Below, one piece after another: positions 1 to 8,881 of a stretch of 20,000 bases of DNA. The stretch is taken from IMG/VR virus record IMGVR_UViG_2788500287_000116; one strand, written 5' to 3'. The stretch's first letter is position 1; every line of letters starts with the position of its first letter. The notes beneath the pieces are model-generated. The model searched no databases, had not been told where the DNA came from, and worked only from the letters and a program-made list of their open reading frames with translations. A program made the position numbers and the translations under genes. This stretch comes from an uncultured virus (IMG/VR IMGVR_UViG_2788500287_000116). Lineage: Duplodnaviria > Heunggongvirae > Uroviricota > Caudoviricetes.

Positions 1-1071
1 GGATGGCCAGTTTTCGATAATCCTGAAACAGAAGTATTTGGCCCTTATGGAGACGCTATATATGGAGGTGTAATTGACCATTGGAAAAATGAAGTAGATG
101 GTTTGAAAAATGACCAAGATGCTTTGAATGAGTTTTACAGACAGTTTCCAAGGACAGAGTCACATGCTTTTAGAGATGAATCAAAAAACACTATATTTAA
201 TCTTTCTAAAATATACGAACAAATTGATTATAATGACTCTTTTGCTATTAAGACAAGTATTACTAGGGGTTCTTTCACGTGGAGGAATGGACAAAGGGAT
301 ACAGAAGTTATATGGGTTCCTGATAGTAATGGTCGTTTTTTTACTTCTTGGACTCCTTCTAATAGTCTAGCGAATAATGTAATACACAGAGGGACAAGAA
401 AAATACCTGGTAATGCGCACTTAGGTAGTTTTGGTTGTGACTCTTATGACATATCAGGTACGGTTCAAGGAGGTGGGTCAAAGGGTTCGTTGCATGGTAT
501 GACTAAGTTTCATTTGGAAGACGCGCCGTCAAACTATTTTTTTCTAGAATATATATCTAGACCCCCTACAGCTGAAATATTTTATGAAGACGTTTTGATG
601 GCTTTACATTATTATGGTATGCCAATATTGGTTGAAAATAATAAACCCAGGCTTTTATATTATCTGAAAGAAAGAGGGTACAGAGCTTTTTCTTTAAATA
701 GGCCTGATAAACACAAGAACGTTTTATCTAAAGCAGAAAGAGAGTTAGGTGGTATACCTTCATCTTCAGCAGTCATATCAGCGCATGCAGAGTATATTGA
801 AGCGTATATTCAAAATCATATCGGTGTTATTAATGATGAAGATAATATGGATTTTGGAAACTGCGGTTCCATGTTTTTTAACAGGACTCTTTTGGATTGG
901 TCAAACTACGATATTAACAATAGAACTAGGTTTGATGCCACTGTAAGTTCAGGATTTGCCATAATGGCTAACTTTTCTAAACAAAAAGTTGTTGACAAAA
1001 AAGATAATCAAATAAATCTTAACTTTGCAAAGTATAGCAACAAGGGATTTGTTAGTAAAATTATATCATAA
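1..1071 (+). CDS. terL: Terminase large subunit, C-terminal part (RNase H-like nuclease domain); 5' end lies upstream of the window
   Basis: Frame 1 is open from base 1 (GWPVFDNPETEVFGPYGDAIYGGVIDHWKNEVDGLKNDQDALNEFYRQFP...), so the track start at 103 is not the real start. Motifs RQFP..ESHAF, FGCDSYD, ILVENN and FDATVSSG match the TerL nuclease acidic residues. Lies directly upstream of the portal. Confidence 0.9.
   Translation, partial: GWPVFDNPETEVFGPYGDAIYGGVIDHWKNEVDGLKNDQDALNEFYRQFPRTESHAFRDESKNTIFNLSKIYEQIDYNDSFAIKTSITRGSFTWRNGQRDTEVIWVPDSNGRFFTSWTPSNSLANNVIHRGTRKIPGNAHLGSFGCDSYDISGTVQGGGSKGSLHGMTKFHLEDAPSNYFFLEYISRPPTAEIFYEDVLMALHYYGMPILVENNKPRLLYYLKERGYRAFSLNRPDKHKNVLSKAERELGGIPSSSAVISAHAEYIEAYIQNHIGVINDEDNMDFGNCGSMFFNRTLLDWSNYDINNRTRFDATVSSGFAIMANFSKQKVVDKKDNQINLNFAKYSNKGFVSKIIS
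1020..1027 (+). promoter_or_regulatory. Candidate Bacteroidota primary-sigma -7 box (TAACTTTG) inside the terL 3' end, upstream of the portal
   Basis: TAACTTTGCA matches the TAnnTTTG consensus about 50 nt before the portal ATG, but it is in coding sequence and has no well-spaced -33 TTTG. Confidence 0.35.
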
Positions 1072-1076
1072 CTTAT

Positions 1077-3701
1077 ATGAATAAAAACAAATATAGTGGA
1101 GGTGGTGGTTTCCCAAATCAATTCGCTCCTGATGAGCAAAAAGCATCTTTAGAGTACGGACTAAGAGTAGGCCAAGCAATTGAGTCAGAATGGTTCTCAA
1201 ATGACTATGGTAGTTCGTCTTATGGAGAGGTTCGTTCCGAATATCTAAAAAGGAGATTGTATGCACGTGGAAAACAACCAATAGAAAAGTATAAAAACGA
1301 ACTAGCTATTAATGGTGATTTGTCATACCTTAATCTTGACTGGACACCAGTCCCTATCATACCAAAATTCGTTGACATAGTTGTAAACGGTATTTCTAAT
1401 AGACTTTTAAAAGTAGATGTAGAAGCAATTGACGAGCTTTCTAGTGTTGTAAGGCAAAACTTCAAGCAAGAAGTAAGAGCAGATATGCTTGCAGCACCAA
1501 TGCTTAATATGCTAAAAGAAAAAACTGGGGTGAATGCATTTAACTTTGATGAAGAAATGCTTCCACAGTCAGATGAAGAATTAAACCTATACATGAAGCT
1601 AAGGTTTAAGCAAGGTGTTGAAATAGCGCAAGAAACAGCAATAAACACCTTATTAGAACTAAACAACTACGATGAGATTAAAAGAAGGGTTGACGAAGAT
1701 AATGTTGTGTTAGGTATTTCAGCGGTAAAACATTCTTTTGATGTTCATGATGGTGTAAAAATAGAATATGTAGACCCTATAAATCTTGTATACTCGCAAA
1801 CAGAAGACCCAAACTTTAGAGATTGCTATTACTTCGGAGAGGTTAAATCTGTGCACATAAATGAAATAAAAAAAATAAATCCAAATCTTACACAAGAAGA
1901 AATAGAAGAAATATCTAAAATTGCTGGAAGACATGATGGTTATAGAAGCACAATAAACTTACAGACCAACAGTGGTTTGGACAAATCAAACGTATCGTTG
2001 CTTTATTTTTGTTACAAAACCGATAAAGAAATTATTTATAAAGTTAAAAAGACTATGAATGGTGGTGAAAAAGCACTAAAAAAAGATGCTGATTTTAATC
2101 CACCAGCAACAGCTCAGGCAAGATTTGATAGAGTAGCAAGAAGAATAGATGTTTGGTATGAAGGTGTTATGGTTTTAGGAACAAACCGAATACTAAAATG
2201 GCAGTTAATGTCAAACATGGTTCGACCAAAATCAGCTTTTCAACAAACGATACCACCATATTTAGTTAATGCAATCAAAATGGATAAGGGACATATTGAT
2301 TCTTTAGTAAAAAGAATGATACCTTTTGCAGACCAAATACAGCTTGTCCATTTAAAATTACAACAAGTAGTGTCTAAAATGATACCAGATGGTGTATTTA
2401 TAGATGCAGATGGTTTGAATAGTGTAGATTTAGGTAATGGAGCTTCATATAATCCATCAGAAGCTTTATCTATGTATTTCCAAACAGGTTCTGTTATAGG
2501 TAGAAGCTATACTGAAGATGGTGAATTTAATAACGCTAGAGTCCCTATACAAGAATTAACAAGCAGTGGTTCTAATGCAAAAATCAACAGCTTAATAACT
2601 ATGTATAATTATCAATTAAACATGATACGTTCTGTAACTGGTATTAATGAGGCAAGAGACGGTAGTATGCCTGATAAAAATGCATTGGTTGGTGTACAAA
2701 AACTAGCTGCACTAAATTCTAACACAGCCACAAGACATGTGTTACATTCAGGTGTATCCTTAACAAAAAGATTGTGTGAAGCAATGTCTTGCAGAATTAG
2801 CGATATACTTATGTATTCAGATTTTGTTGAAGACTTTACACGAATGATTGGTAAGAATAATATGGAACTTATAGCGGAAATGGAAAACATGCATCTTCAT
2901 GACTTTGGTATATATATTGAATTAGAGCCAGATGAAGAAGAAAAGCAAATTCTCGAAAACAACTTACAACAAGCTATAGCCGCAAAAATGATAGATTTTT
3001 CTGACGCAATAGATGTTAGAGAGGTGAAAAACTTCTCTTTAGCAAACCAATTGTTAAAAATTAGAAAAAGTAGAAAAGAAAAAGCTGATATGAAGAAACA
3101 GCAAATGAATATTCAGATGCAAGCTAAAGCTAATCAACAATCAGCACAAGCTGCTTCACAAGGTAGAATGCAGGAGGAACAAATGAAAACTAAAGGTGAA
3201 GCGGAGCTTTTACAATTAAAAGCGCAACTTGATATGCAGAAAATGGAGGCAGAAGCGAAAAAAGAAGCAGAAATGATGAAGTTAAAGTTTGAGTATGATA
3301 TGCAGCTTAGAAACGTAGATTCTAAGAATCTCAAGAAAAGAGAAGCGTCAAAAGAAGATAGAAAAGATAAAAGAACTCAAATGCAAGCAACTCAGCAAAG
3401 TGAGATGATTTCGCAAAGAAAACAAAATCTTCCACCAAAAGACTTTGCAAAGAAAAAAACAAAAGTAGAACAACTGACATCTAAAGGTAATATGTTTGGG
3501 CCAGCAGGATTAAATCTAATTGGCGCACAAGACAAGAAACCAATGATGATGCCTAGTAATAATAACAATCCAATGCCTATACCTGAAGAACAACCGCAAA
3601 ATATGGAACCTCAAGCACCACAAGCTATGATGTCACCAAAGCAAGAAGAAGGCGGTTTAGCAACACTTTTGACTAAACTACAGGGTGGCCAAAACATGTA
3701 A
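1077..3701 (+). CDS. Portal protein (crAss-like, 874 aa) with a long C-terminal coiled coil and low-complexity tail
   Basis: Follows terL. Motifs YLNLDWTPVPIIPKFVDIVVNG, MIPFADQIQL.HLKLQQV and IRSVTGINEARDG recall crAss-like/P22-like portals. The Q/K/E/M-rich helical C-terminus is consistent with a portal barrel. Confidence 0.88.
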   Translation: MNKNKYSGGGGFPNQFAPDEQKASLEYGLRVGQAIESEWFSNDYGSSSYGEVRSEYLKRRLYARGKQPIEKYKNELAINGDLSYLNLDWTPVPIIPKFVDIVVNGISNRLLKVDVEAIDELSSVVRQNFKQEVRADMLAAPMLNMLKEKTGVNAFNFDEEMLPQSDEELNLYMKLRFKQGVEIAQETAINTLLELNNYDEIKRRVDEDNVVLGISAVKHSFDVHDGVKIEYVDPINLVYSQTEDPNFRDCYYFGEVKSVHINEIKKINPNLTQEEIEEISKIAGRHDGYRSTINLQTNSGLDKSNVSLLYFCYKTDKEIIYKVKKTMNGGEKALKKDADFNPPATAQARFDRVARRIDVWYEGVMVLGTNRILKWQLMSNMVRPKSAFQQTIPPYLVNAIKMDKGHIDSLVKRMIPFADQIQLVHLKLQQVVSKMIPDGVFIDADGLNSVDLGNGASYNPSEALSMYFQTGSVIGRSYTEDGEFNNARVPIQELTSSGSNAKINSLITMYNYQLNMIRSVTGINEARDGSMPDKNALVGVQKLAALNSNTATRHVLHSGVSLTKRLCEAMSCRISDILMYSDFVEDFTRMIGKNNMELIAEMENMHLHDFGIYIELEPDEEEKQILENNLQQAIAAKMIDFSDAIDVREVKNFSLANQLLKIRKSRKEKADMKKQQMNIQMQAKANQQSAQAASQGRMQEEQMKTKGEAELLQLKAQLDMQKMEAEAKKEAEMMKLKFEYDMQLRNVDSKNLKKREASKEDRKDKRTQMQATQQSEMISQRKQNLPPKDFAKKKTKVEQLTSKGNMFGPAGLNLIGAQDKKPMMMPSNNNNPMPIPEEQPQNMEPQAPQAMMSPKQEEGGLATLLTKLQGGQNM

Positions 3702-3711
3702 AAATTTTATA

Positions 3712-3719
3712 TAAATTTG
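3712..3719 (+). promoter_or_regulatory. Bacteroidota-type -7 promoter box TAAATTTG upstream of the scaffold/MCP genes
   Basis: Exact TAnnTTTG in the 40-nt gap between portal and scaffold, 22 nt before the ATG at 3742. Confidence 0.6.
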
Positions 3720-3741
3720 TAATAATTTAATTTAATCAACT

Positions 3742-4896
3742 ATGAGTGAAAATCAAGAAAAAGTTGACTTCAAAGTAGACTTGACTAAAACTCCTGAAGA
3801 AATTCAAGAGCAGCATCAAGCAAAAAAAGAAGAAGAAGCTAAATCCAAAAAAGAAGTCAAGGAAGAAGTTAAGGATGAGGCTGAAGAAAACGTAGAGGTA
3901 AAAGAAGAAGTAGCTGAAGAAGAAAAGAAACCTGAAGAAACACAGGAAGAAGTAAAGGCTGAAGAAAGAGACCTCACGGATAAAGAAAAAATTATAAAAG
4001 AGTATTTATCATCCACATATAATATGGATGAAGCTCAATTAAAAGACGTTCTTTCAAATAAAGAAGATAAGGTAGAATTACCAGAAGAAGTTCAAAAATA
4101 CCTTGCGTACAAAAACGACACGAAAAGAGGTATGGCTGACTTTGTCGCTGCACAAAAAGATTATTCAAAGATGAGTGACATAGATTTAATAGGTCATTAT
4201 ATGGCGCAAGTAAATCCAGAATACTCAACGGATGACATAAATTATCTTATGGGTCAAGAATTTGGCTATCAAAAAGATGATGAAGAAAATGTAAAGCGAG
4301 GTAAAATTCTAGCTATGAAAAAAGAATTGCGAAAAGCTAAAGAATACTTTAGTAATGTAAAGGATAAATATCATGCTCCTCTTGAGTCAAGTGCCGAGAA
4401 TGTTCCTGAAAATTATAAAAAAGCTTTAGATTTTTATAAGCAATATAGTGATGAGTCTACTAGAGCTAAGGCTAAAGAAGAAAAGAGTAGAGAGCTGTTC
4501 ACTAAAAATACGAAATCGTATTTCAATGATGAATTCAAAGGTTTTGAATTTAAAATGGGTGATAAAAAATTATTTTATAAACCAAAAAACATTGAAGAAA
4601 CAGTAAATGCTCAATCCGACCTAAGTAATTTTATTTCAAAATACTTAGATAAAGATGGAAATTTAGTTAAGGCTAAAGAATATCATACAGCGCTTTCAAT
4701 GGCTATGAACCCAGAAAGCTACGCTAAGTTCTTTTATGAGCAAGGCAAAGCAGATGCGGTTAACGACGTAGTTAGAGACGGCAAAAATGTTGATATGAAT
4801 GTTCGAACAAATGTAGAAGCATCTAAACCAGGGCCAAAATTCAGAGTCTTACAAGATTCTAATGATTTTAGCGGTGGTTTGAAAATTAGGAAATAA
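3742..4896 (+). CDS. Putative capsid scaffolding/assembly protein (384 aa)
   Basis: Lies between portal and MCP. Has a very acidic Glu/Lys-rich disordered N-terminus, a helical core and a short basic C-terminus (GGLKIRK), a layout typical of podovirus scaffolds. Confidence 0.6.
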   Translation: MSENQEKVDFKVDLTKTPEEIQEQHQAKKEEEAKSKKEVKEEVKDEAEENVEVKEEVAEEEKKPEETQEEVKAEERDLTDKEKIIKEYLSSTYNMDEAQLKDVLSNKEDKVELPEEVQKYLAYKNDTKRGMADFVAAQKDYSKMSDIDLIGHYMAQVNPEYSTDDINYLMGQEFGYQKDDEENVKRGKILAMKKELRKAKEYFSNVKDKYHAPLESSAENVPENYKKALDFYKQYSDESTRAKAKEEKSRELFTKNTKSYFNDEFKGFEFKMGDKKLFYKPKNIEETVNAQSDLSNFISKYLDKDGNLVKAKEYHTALSMAMNPESYAKFFYEQGKADAVNDVVRDGKNVDMNVRTNVEASKPGPKFRVLQDSNDFSGGLKIRK

Positions 4897-4921
4897 GTAT
4901 AAACATTAAAAATTATTTAAA

Positions 4922-6313
4922 ATGGCACAAAGTATTAATTTTGACGGTAGTTCATCGATATCAAATGTCGGTGGTTCTACTTCGCTTACGCCTGCTCCAG
5001 TAAAATCTGTACTACAGAAATCTTACTTAGGGAGTAGTGATTACACGTTTGCTCAACAATACTTACCTGACTTATATGAGAAGGAGTTTGAAAAATATGG
5101 AAATCGTTCTGTAGCTTCTTTTTTAAGAATGGTAAGCGCTGAGCTACCTTGTTCTTCAGACTTAATAAAGTGGAGTGAGCAAGGAAGGTTGCATATTTTA
5201 GCTACAGGTACTGTCACAGACGGTAACACGTTAGCTGTAACTGCACACAAATTTAGAAATGGACAAACAATTATCATTAAGAAAACTGATGGCACAGGGC
5301 CTACGTTACACGCAATTGTAACTGACGCTTCTGCTGCTGACGCTGTTGATGTTGCTTGTTTAAATTTAGCGACATTAGTTGCGGTTGGTGGTTTTTCAGC
5401 TTCTGACGCAGTTTCTATGTTCGTATATGGTTCTGAATTCAAAAAAGGAACAAATGGTATGGATGGCTCTTACGATGCAGATTTCGCAGCGAAGGAAAAC
5501 AATCCTATCATCTTAAAAGAGAAGTATGAAGTTTCTGGTTCTGAATTAGCTCACATTGGATGGGTTGAGGTAACAACTGAAAACGGTGCTTCTGGATACC
5601 TTTGGTATTTGAAATCAGAGCATGAAAGTAGATTAAGATTCGAAGACTATATGGAATTAGCTATGGTTGAAGGTGTTCCTGCTGCGTCAGGTTCTGCTGC
5701 TGCATCAGCTGGATTCAAAGGTACTAAAGGTCTTTTCTATGAGGTAGAAAACAATGGTAATGTAACTTCTGGTACAATCGACGCTAGATTAGACTTAGAA
5801 GATATTGCAAAAGTTTTAGACAAAGAAGGTGCAATTCAAGAGAATGTAATGTTCGTCAATAGAGGAACAGGATTCGACATTGATAAAGTATTAGCAGCTC
5901 AGAACAACTTTGGTTCTTCAGGAGCTTCTTATGGTTTATTTGACAATGACGAAGACATGGCATTAAATCTTGGATTCTCTGGATTTAGAATTGGATATGA
6001 CTTTTATAAGAGTGACTGGAAATACCTAAATGATGCTTCTACAAGAGGTAACATTGGTGGTGTTGATGGTATTATTGTACCTGCTGGTACTATGACAGTT
6101 TATGACCAAGTACTTGGACAAAACGCTCAGAGACCTTTCTTACACGTAAGATACAGACAATCTGCATCTGAAGACAGAAAGTATAAAAACTGGGTAACAG
6201 GTTCTGCTGGTTCTGCTGGTATGAGTAGTGACTTAGATGCAATGCAAGTACACTTCTTATCAGAGAGATGTCTTGTTACGATGGGGGCAAATAACTTCAT
6301 CTTAATGCAGTAA
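4922..6313 (+). CDS. Major capsid protein (HK97 fold, crAss-like, 463 aa)
   Basis: Motifs QQYLPDLYEKEFEKYGNR, IKWSEQGRLH, YGSEFKKG, GYLWYLKSEHESRLRFEDY and HFLSERCLVTMGANNF. Codons look highly expressed (many GCT/GGT/TTC). Followed by a strong terminator; synteny fits. Confidence 0.9.
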   Translation: MAQSINFDGSSSISNVGGSTSLTPAPVKSVLQKSYLGSSDYTFAQQYLPDLYEKEFEKYGNRSVASFLRMVSAELPCSSDLIKWSEQGRLHILATGTVTDGNTLAVTAHKFRNGQTIIIKKTDGTGPTLHAIVTDASAADAVDVACLNLATLVAVGGFSASDAVSMFVYGSEFKKGTNGMDGSYDADFAAKENNPIILKEKYEVSGSELAHIGWVEVTTENGASGYLWYLKSEHESRLRFEDYMELAMVEGVPAASGSAAASAGFKGTKGLFYEVENNGNVTSGTIDARLDLEDIAKVLDKEGAIQENVMFVNRGTGFDIDKVLAAQNNFGSSGASYGLFDNDEDMALNLGFSGFRIGYDFYKSDWKYLNDASTRGNIGGVDGIIVPAGTMTVYDQVLGQNAQRPFLHVRYRQSASEDRKYKNWVTGSAGSAGMSSDLDAMQVHFLSERCLVTMGANNFILMQ

Positions 6314-6321
6314 TATTTAGT

Positions 6322-6356
6322 GAGATAGGGGAGCTTCGGCTCCCTATTCTCTTTTT
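6322..6356 (+). terminator. Intrinsic terminator after MCP with a cUUCGg tetraloop
   Basis: GAGATAGGGGAGC-TTCG-GCTCCCTATTCTC followed by TTTTT, 8 nt after the MCP stop. Confidence 0.9.
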
Positions 6357-6378
6357 AATTTAATTTAATTTTAATAAA

Positions 6379-7155
6379 ATGGCAAAAGCAAATAGTAAAC
6401 AAAAGTATGGGTATGAAACAGTTTACCCAAACCTAGAAATAAAACCTAGAATATTTCTATTACACGGAAACAAAAGACCACTAAGGTTTATGTTACCTGT
6501 AAAACATTCAAATTCAAAACCTCTTTTATATTTTGACGGCAGTATGAATAGAGCTCTTAGATGGGCTACTAATCAGACGAGTCCTTTTGTTGATGAGCAA
6601 GATGGTTTGGCTACAGTTGAACCAATAATCTTTGAAGATGGTAAATTAATGGTGCAAGAATACAACTCAAATCTTGTAAAGTTTTTGTATTTACATCCAG
6701 ATTTCAATCAGAAGTTTTATGAGTTTGATGCAGAAAGAGACGCAAACAAGCAAGTAGAAGATTTAACATCTTCTCTAGATGCGCAAGTAGCAGCAAAAGA
6801 CTTGGATATTAGTGACTTAGAAGCTATCGCAAGAGTAGTTATGAAGTCAGGGGTTAGCAATTTAACATCTTCAGAGTTAAGGAGAGATATGATTATATAT
6901 GCTAGAAATAACCCTGTCGAGTTTAATAATTTATTGAACGATGAAAATCTTAAGTTAAGAAACCTAGCAGTTAGAGCTATTGAAGAAGGAATTTTAATTT
7001 TAAAAGGAGACCAAAGGACAGTAGTTTGGGCTGGAGAAAAAAACAAAACAGTAATGGTAGCTCCTTTTGGAGAGAACGTATATTCAGCTTTAGCTTTGTT
7101 TTTTAAGACGGACGAAGGTTTAGATGTAATGCAAAACATTACCAATAAGTTATAA
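6379..7155 (+). CDS. Conserved protein following MCP (258 aa), probably structural or assembly-related
   Basis: Long ORF with an A-rich leader. Occupies the conserved post-MCP slot of crAss-like capsid modules. Beta-rich N-terminal half, helical C-terminal half, no catalytic motif recognised. Confidence 0.6.
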   Translation: MAKANSKQKYGYETVYPNLEIKPRIFLLHGNKRPLRFMLPVKHSNSKPLLYFDGSMNRALRWATNQTSPFVDEQDGLATVEPIIFEDGKLMVQEYNSNLVKFLYLHPDFNQKFYEFDAERDANKQVEDLTSSLDAQVAAKDLDISDLEAIARVVMKSGVSNLTSSELRRDMIIYARNNPVEFNNLLNDENLKLRNLAVRAIEEGILILKGDQRTVVWAGEKNKTVMVAPFGENVYSALALFFKTDEGLDVMQNITNKL

Positions 7156-7180
7156 AACTAGAAGAAACCGTGGAAGGGTA

Positions 7181-7213
7181 AAGAGGGGTCTCATTTATTG
7201 AGCCCCTTTTTTT
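7181..7213 (+). terminator. Intrinsic terminator
   Basis: AAGAGGGG(T)CTCA-TTTAT-TGAGCCCCTTTT hairpin with a T7 run (7207-7213), downstream of the stop at 7155. Confidence 0.8.
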
Positions 7214-7215
7214 AT

Positions 7216-7223
7216 TATTTTTG
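7216..7223 (+). promoter_or_regulatory. Bacteroidota-type -7 promoter box TATTTTTG upstream of the tail genes
   Basis: TAnnTTTG immediately after the terminator T-tract and 14 nt before the ATG at 7238. Confidence 0.5.
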
Positions 7224-7237
7224 TAAAAAATATACTC

Positions 7238-7990
7238 ATGATTAACAGCGTAAGAAACACAGTATTGTTTTTATTAAATAAAGATAATAGAGGGTATATA
7301 TCACCACTAGAGTATAATCAATATGCTAAATTAGCTCAACTAGAAATATTTGAATCATATTTTGGAGATTATGCGAGACAAACGCAACTTCAAAATACAA
7401 GAAAAAGAGCATTAGGTTATGGAGATATAGTAGCACAAACTCGAAATAAAATTGATGTTTTTTCAACCTCAGCAACACTCACTTATAACGACGTACAAGA
7501 CGGAGGTGTTGCGAGTGTCGGAGAAGCTAGAGATTATTTTAACCTTCCAAATAATTTTTACAGATTAATCAATTTAACATATAACGGAAAAGTATTAGAA
7601 GAAATACCGAAAGTAAAATTTGATATGATTATTGATAGCAACTTAAATACGCCATCATTAACATACCCTATATATTACCAGCAAGATTCGAGAATCTATG
7701 CTAGACCTCTCAGTATAAACTATACAGCATCAACACCACAAGGTAGCGAAATACCACTGATAATGAATTATATCAGGAAGCCAAATGACCCAATATGGGG
7801 GTATAACACTATACAAGGAGACCCTGTTTATAATTCAACAACAAGTACGCCTTTTGAAATATCAGAAGCGCATGAAATAGATTTAGTTATTAAAATTTGT
7901 GGATACGCTGGTTTGGCAATAAGAGAGGCTGATGTTGTAACTGTTATGCAGGGTAAGGAGCAACAAGAAGTACAACTAGATAATTCATAA
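7238..7990 (+). CDS. Tail ring/adaptor (tubular) protein 1, 250 aa
   Basis: N-terminal helix INSVRNTVLFLLNKDNRGYISPLEYN, then YFNLPNNFYRL, YIRKPNDPIWGY and a C-terminal helix. This matches P22 gp4/T7 gp11-like head-tail adaptor architecture and its position before the muzzle gene. Confidence 0.65.
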   Translation: MINSVRNTVLFLLNKDNRGYISPLEYNQYAKLAQLEIFESYFGDYARQTQLQNTRKRALGYGDIVAQTRNKIDVFSTSATLTYNDVQDGGVASVGEARDYFNLPNNFYRLINLTYNGKVLEEIPKVKFDMIIDSNLNTPSLTYPIYYQQDSRIYARPLSINYTASTPQGSEIPLIMNYIRKPNDPIWGYNTIQGDPVYNSTTSTPFEISEAHEIDLVIKICGYAGLAIREADVVTVMQGKEQQEVQLDNS

Positions 7991-7992
7991 TT

Positions 7993-8880
7993 ATGCCGAC
8001 AATAGGACAATCAATAACGCAAAGAGAGTATTACACTAACAGTGGTGATAATCCAACCTATGACAATTGGGGGACTTATCAGTATATGTTACTAGAGGAT
8101 ATTATAAATAATTTTTTACTAACCTATGTTGGGGATGATAAACTAATAAATAAAGTAGAGAGATATGAAGTTATATTCCACGCAAAGAGAGCTATACAGG
8201 AGCTTCATTATGATGCTCTAAGAGAGATACAAGGGTTTGAACTTGAGGTTCCTGATACTCTTAAAATACCACTACCACACGACTTTGTTAGTTTAGTGAA
8301 GGTTGGGTATGTAAGTGAAGATGGGATGATATTTACTATAAATCAAAATTTTAACTCCTCAACACCAAAATCATATTTACAAGACGGTACTGTTCACAAG
8401 AACATTTTGTTTGATAACAATGATAATGCTTTGAGAGGTACGCCTGTAGTAGAAGAAAACTGGAGAGAAGGAACAGAGGGTGATGTAGATAAGCCGACAA
8501 GAGAGCATGCTGGAGGTAGATATGGTTTAGACCCAGCTACGACAAATGGTAATGGTAGCTATCTAATAGATAAAGACCAAGGATTTGTTTTATTTAGCTC
8601 AAATTTAAAAGGTAAAAATATAGTCATTGAATATGTTTCAGATGGATTATATGGTTATGCTGAAAGCGAAATAAAAATACACAAACTTGCAGAAACTTTT
8701 ATGTATGATTACCTTGTTTCCACAATATTAAAAGGTAAATTTGGAGTTCAGGAGTTTGTTGTAAGGAGAGCTCAAAAACAAGCCTCAGCATCACTTAGAA
8801 ACGCGAAGATAAGGCTCAACTCTATAAAGCTTGGAGAACTAACCCAGTTATTGAAGGGTAAAAATAAGTGGATAAAGTAG
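7993..8880 (+). CDS. Tail ring/tubular protein 2, 295 aa
   Basis: LEDIINNF...FHAKRAIQELHYD, LPHDFVSLVKV and IVIEYVSDG follow the same adaptor-like layout as the upstream gene. Ends KWIK-TAG. Confidence 0.65.
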   Translation: MPTIGQSITQREYYTNSGDNPTYDNWGTYQYMLLEDIINNFLLTYVGDDKLINKVERYEVIFHAKRAIQELHYDALREIQGFELEVPDTLKIPLPHDFVSLVKVGYVSEDGMIFTINQNFNSSTPKSYLQDGTVHKNILFDNNDNALRGTPVVEENWREGTEGDVDKPTREHAGGRYGLDPATTNGNGSYLIDKDQGFVLFSSNLKGKNIVIEYVSDGLYGYAESEIKIHKLAETFMYDYLVSTILKGKFGVQEFVVRRAQKQASASLRNAKIRLNSIKLGELTQLLKGKNKWIK

Positions 8881-8881
8881 C

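Noticed and set aside
3820..3970. GAAGAA-rich imperfect repeats
   Set aside because: Explained by the Glu/Lys low-complexity N-terminus of the scaffold-like protein; not a spaced repeat array or CRISPR.
8878..8880. Stop-codon reassignment (TAG or TGA), known in some crAss-like phages
   Set aside because: The standard code gives full-length, tightly packed genes. The single TAG stop is followed 1 nt later by the next ATG, and all other stops are TAA.
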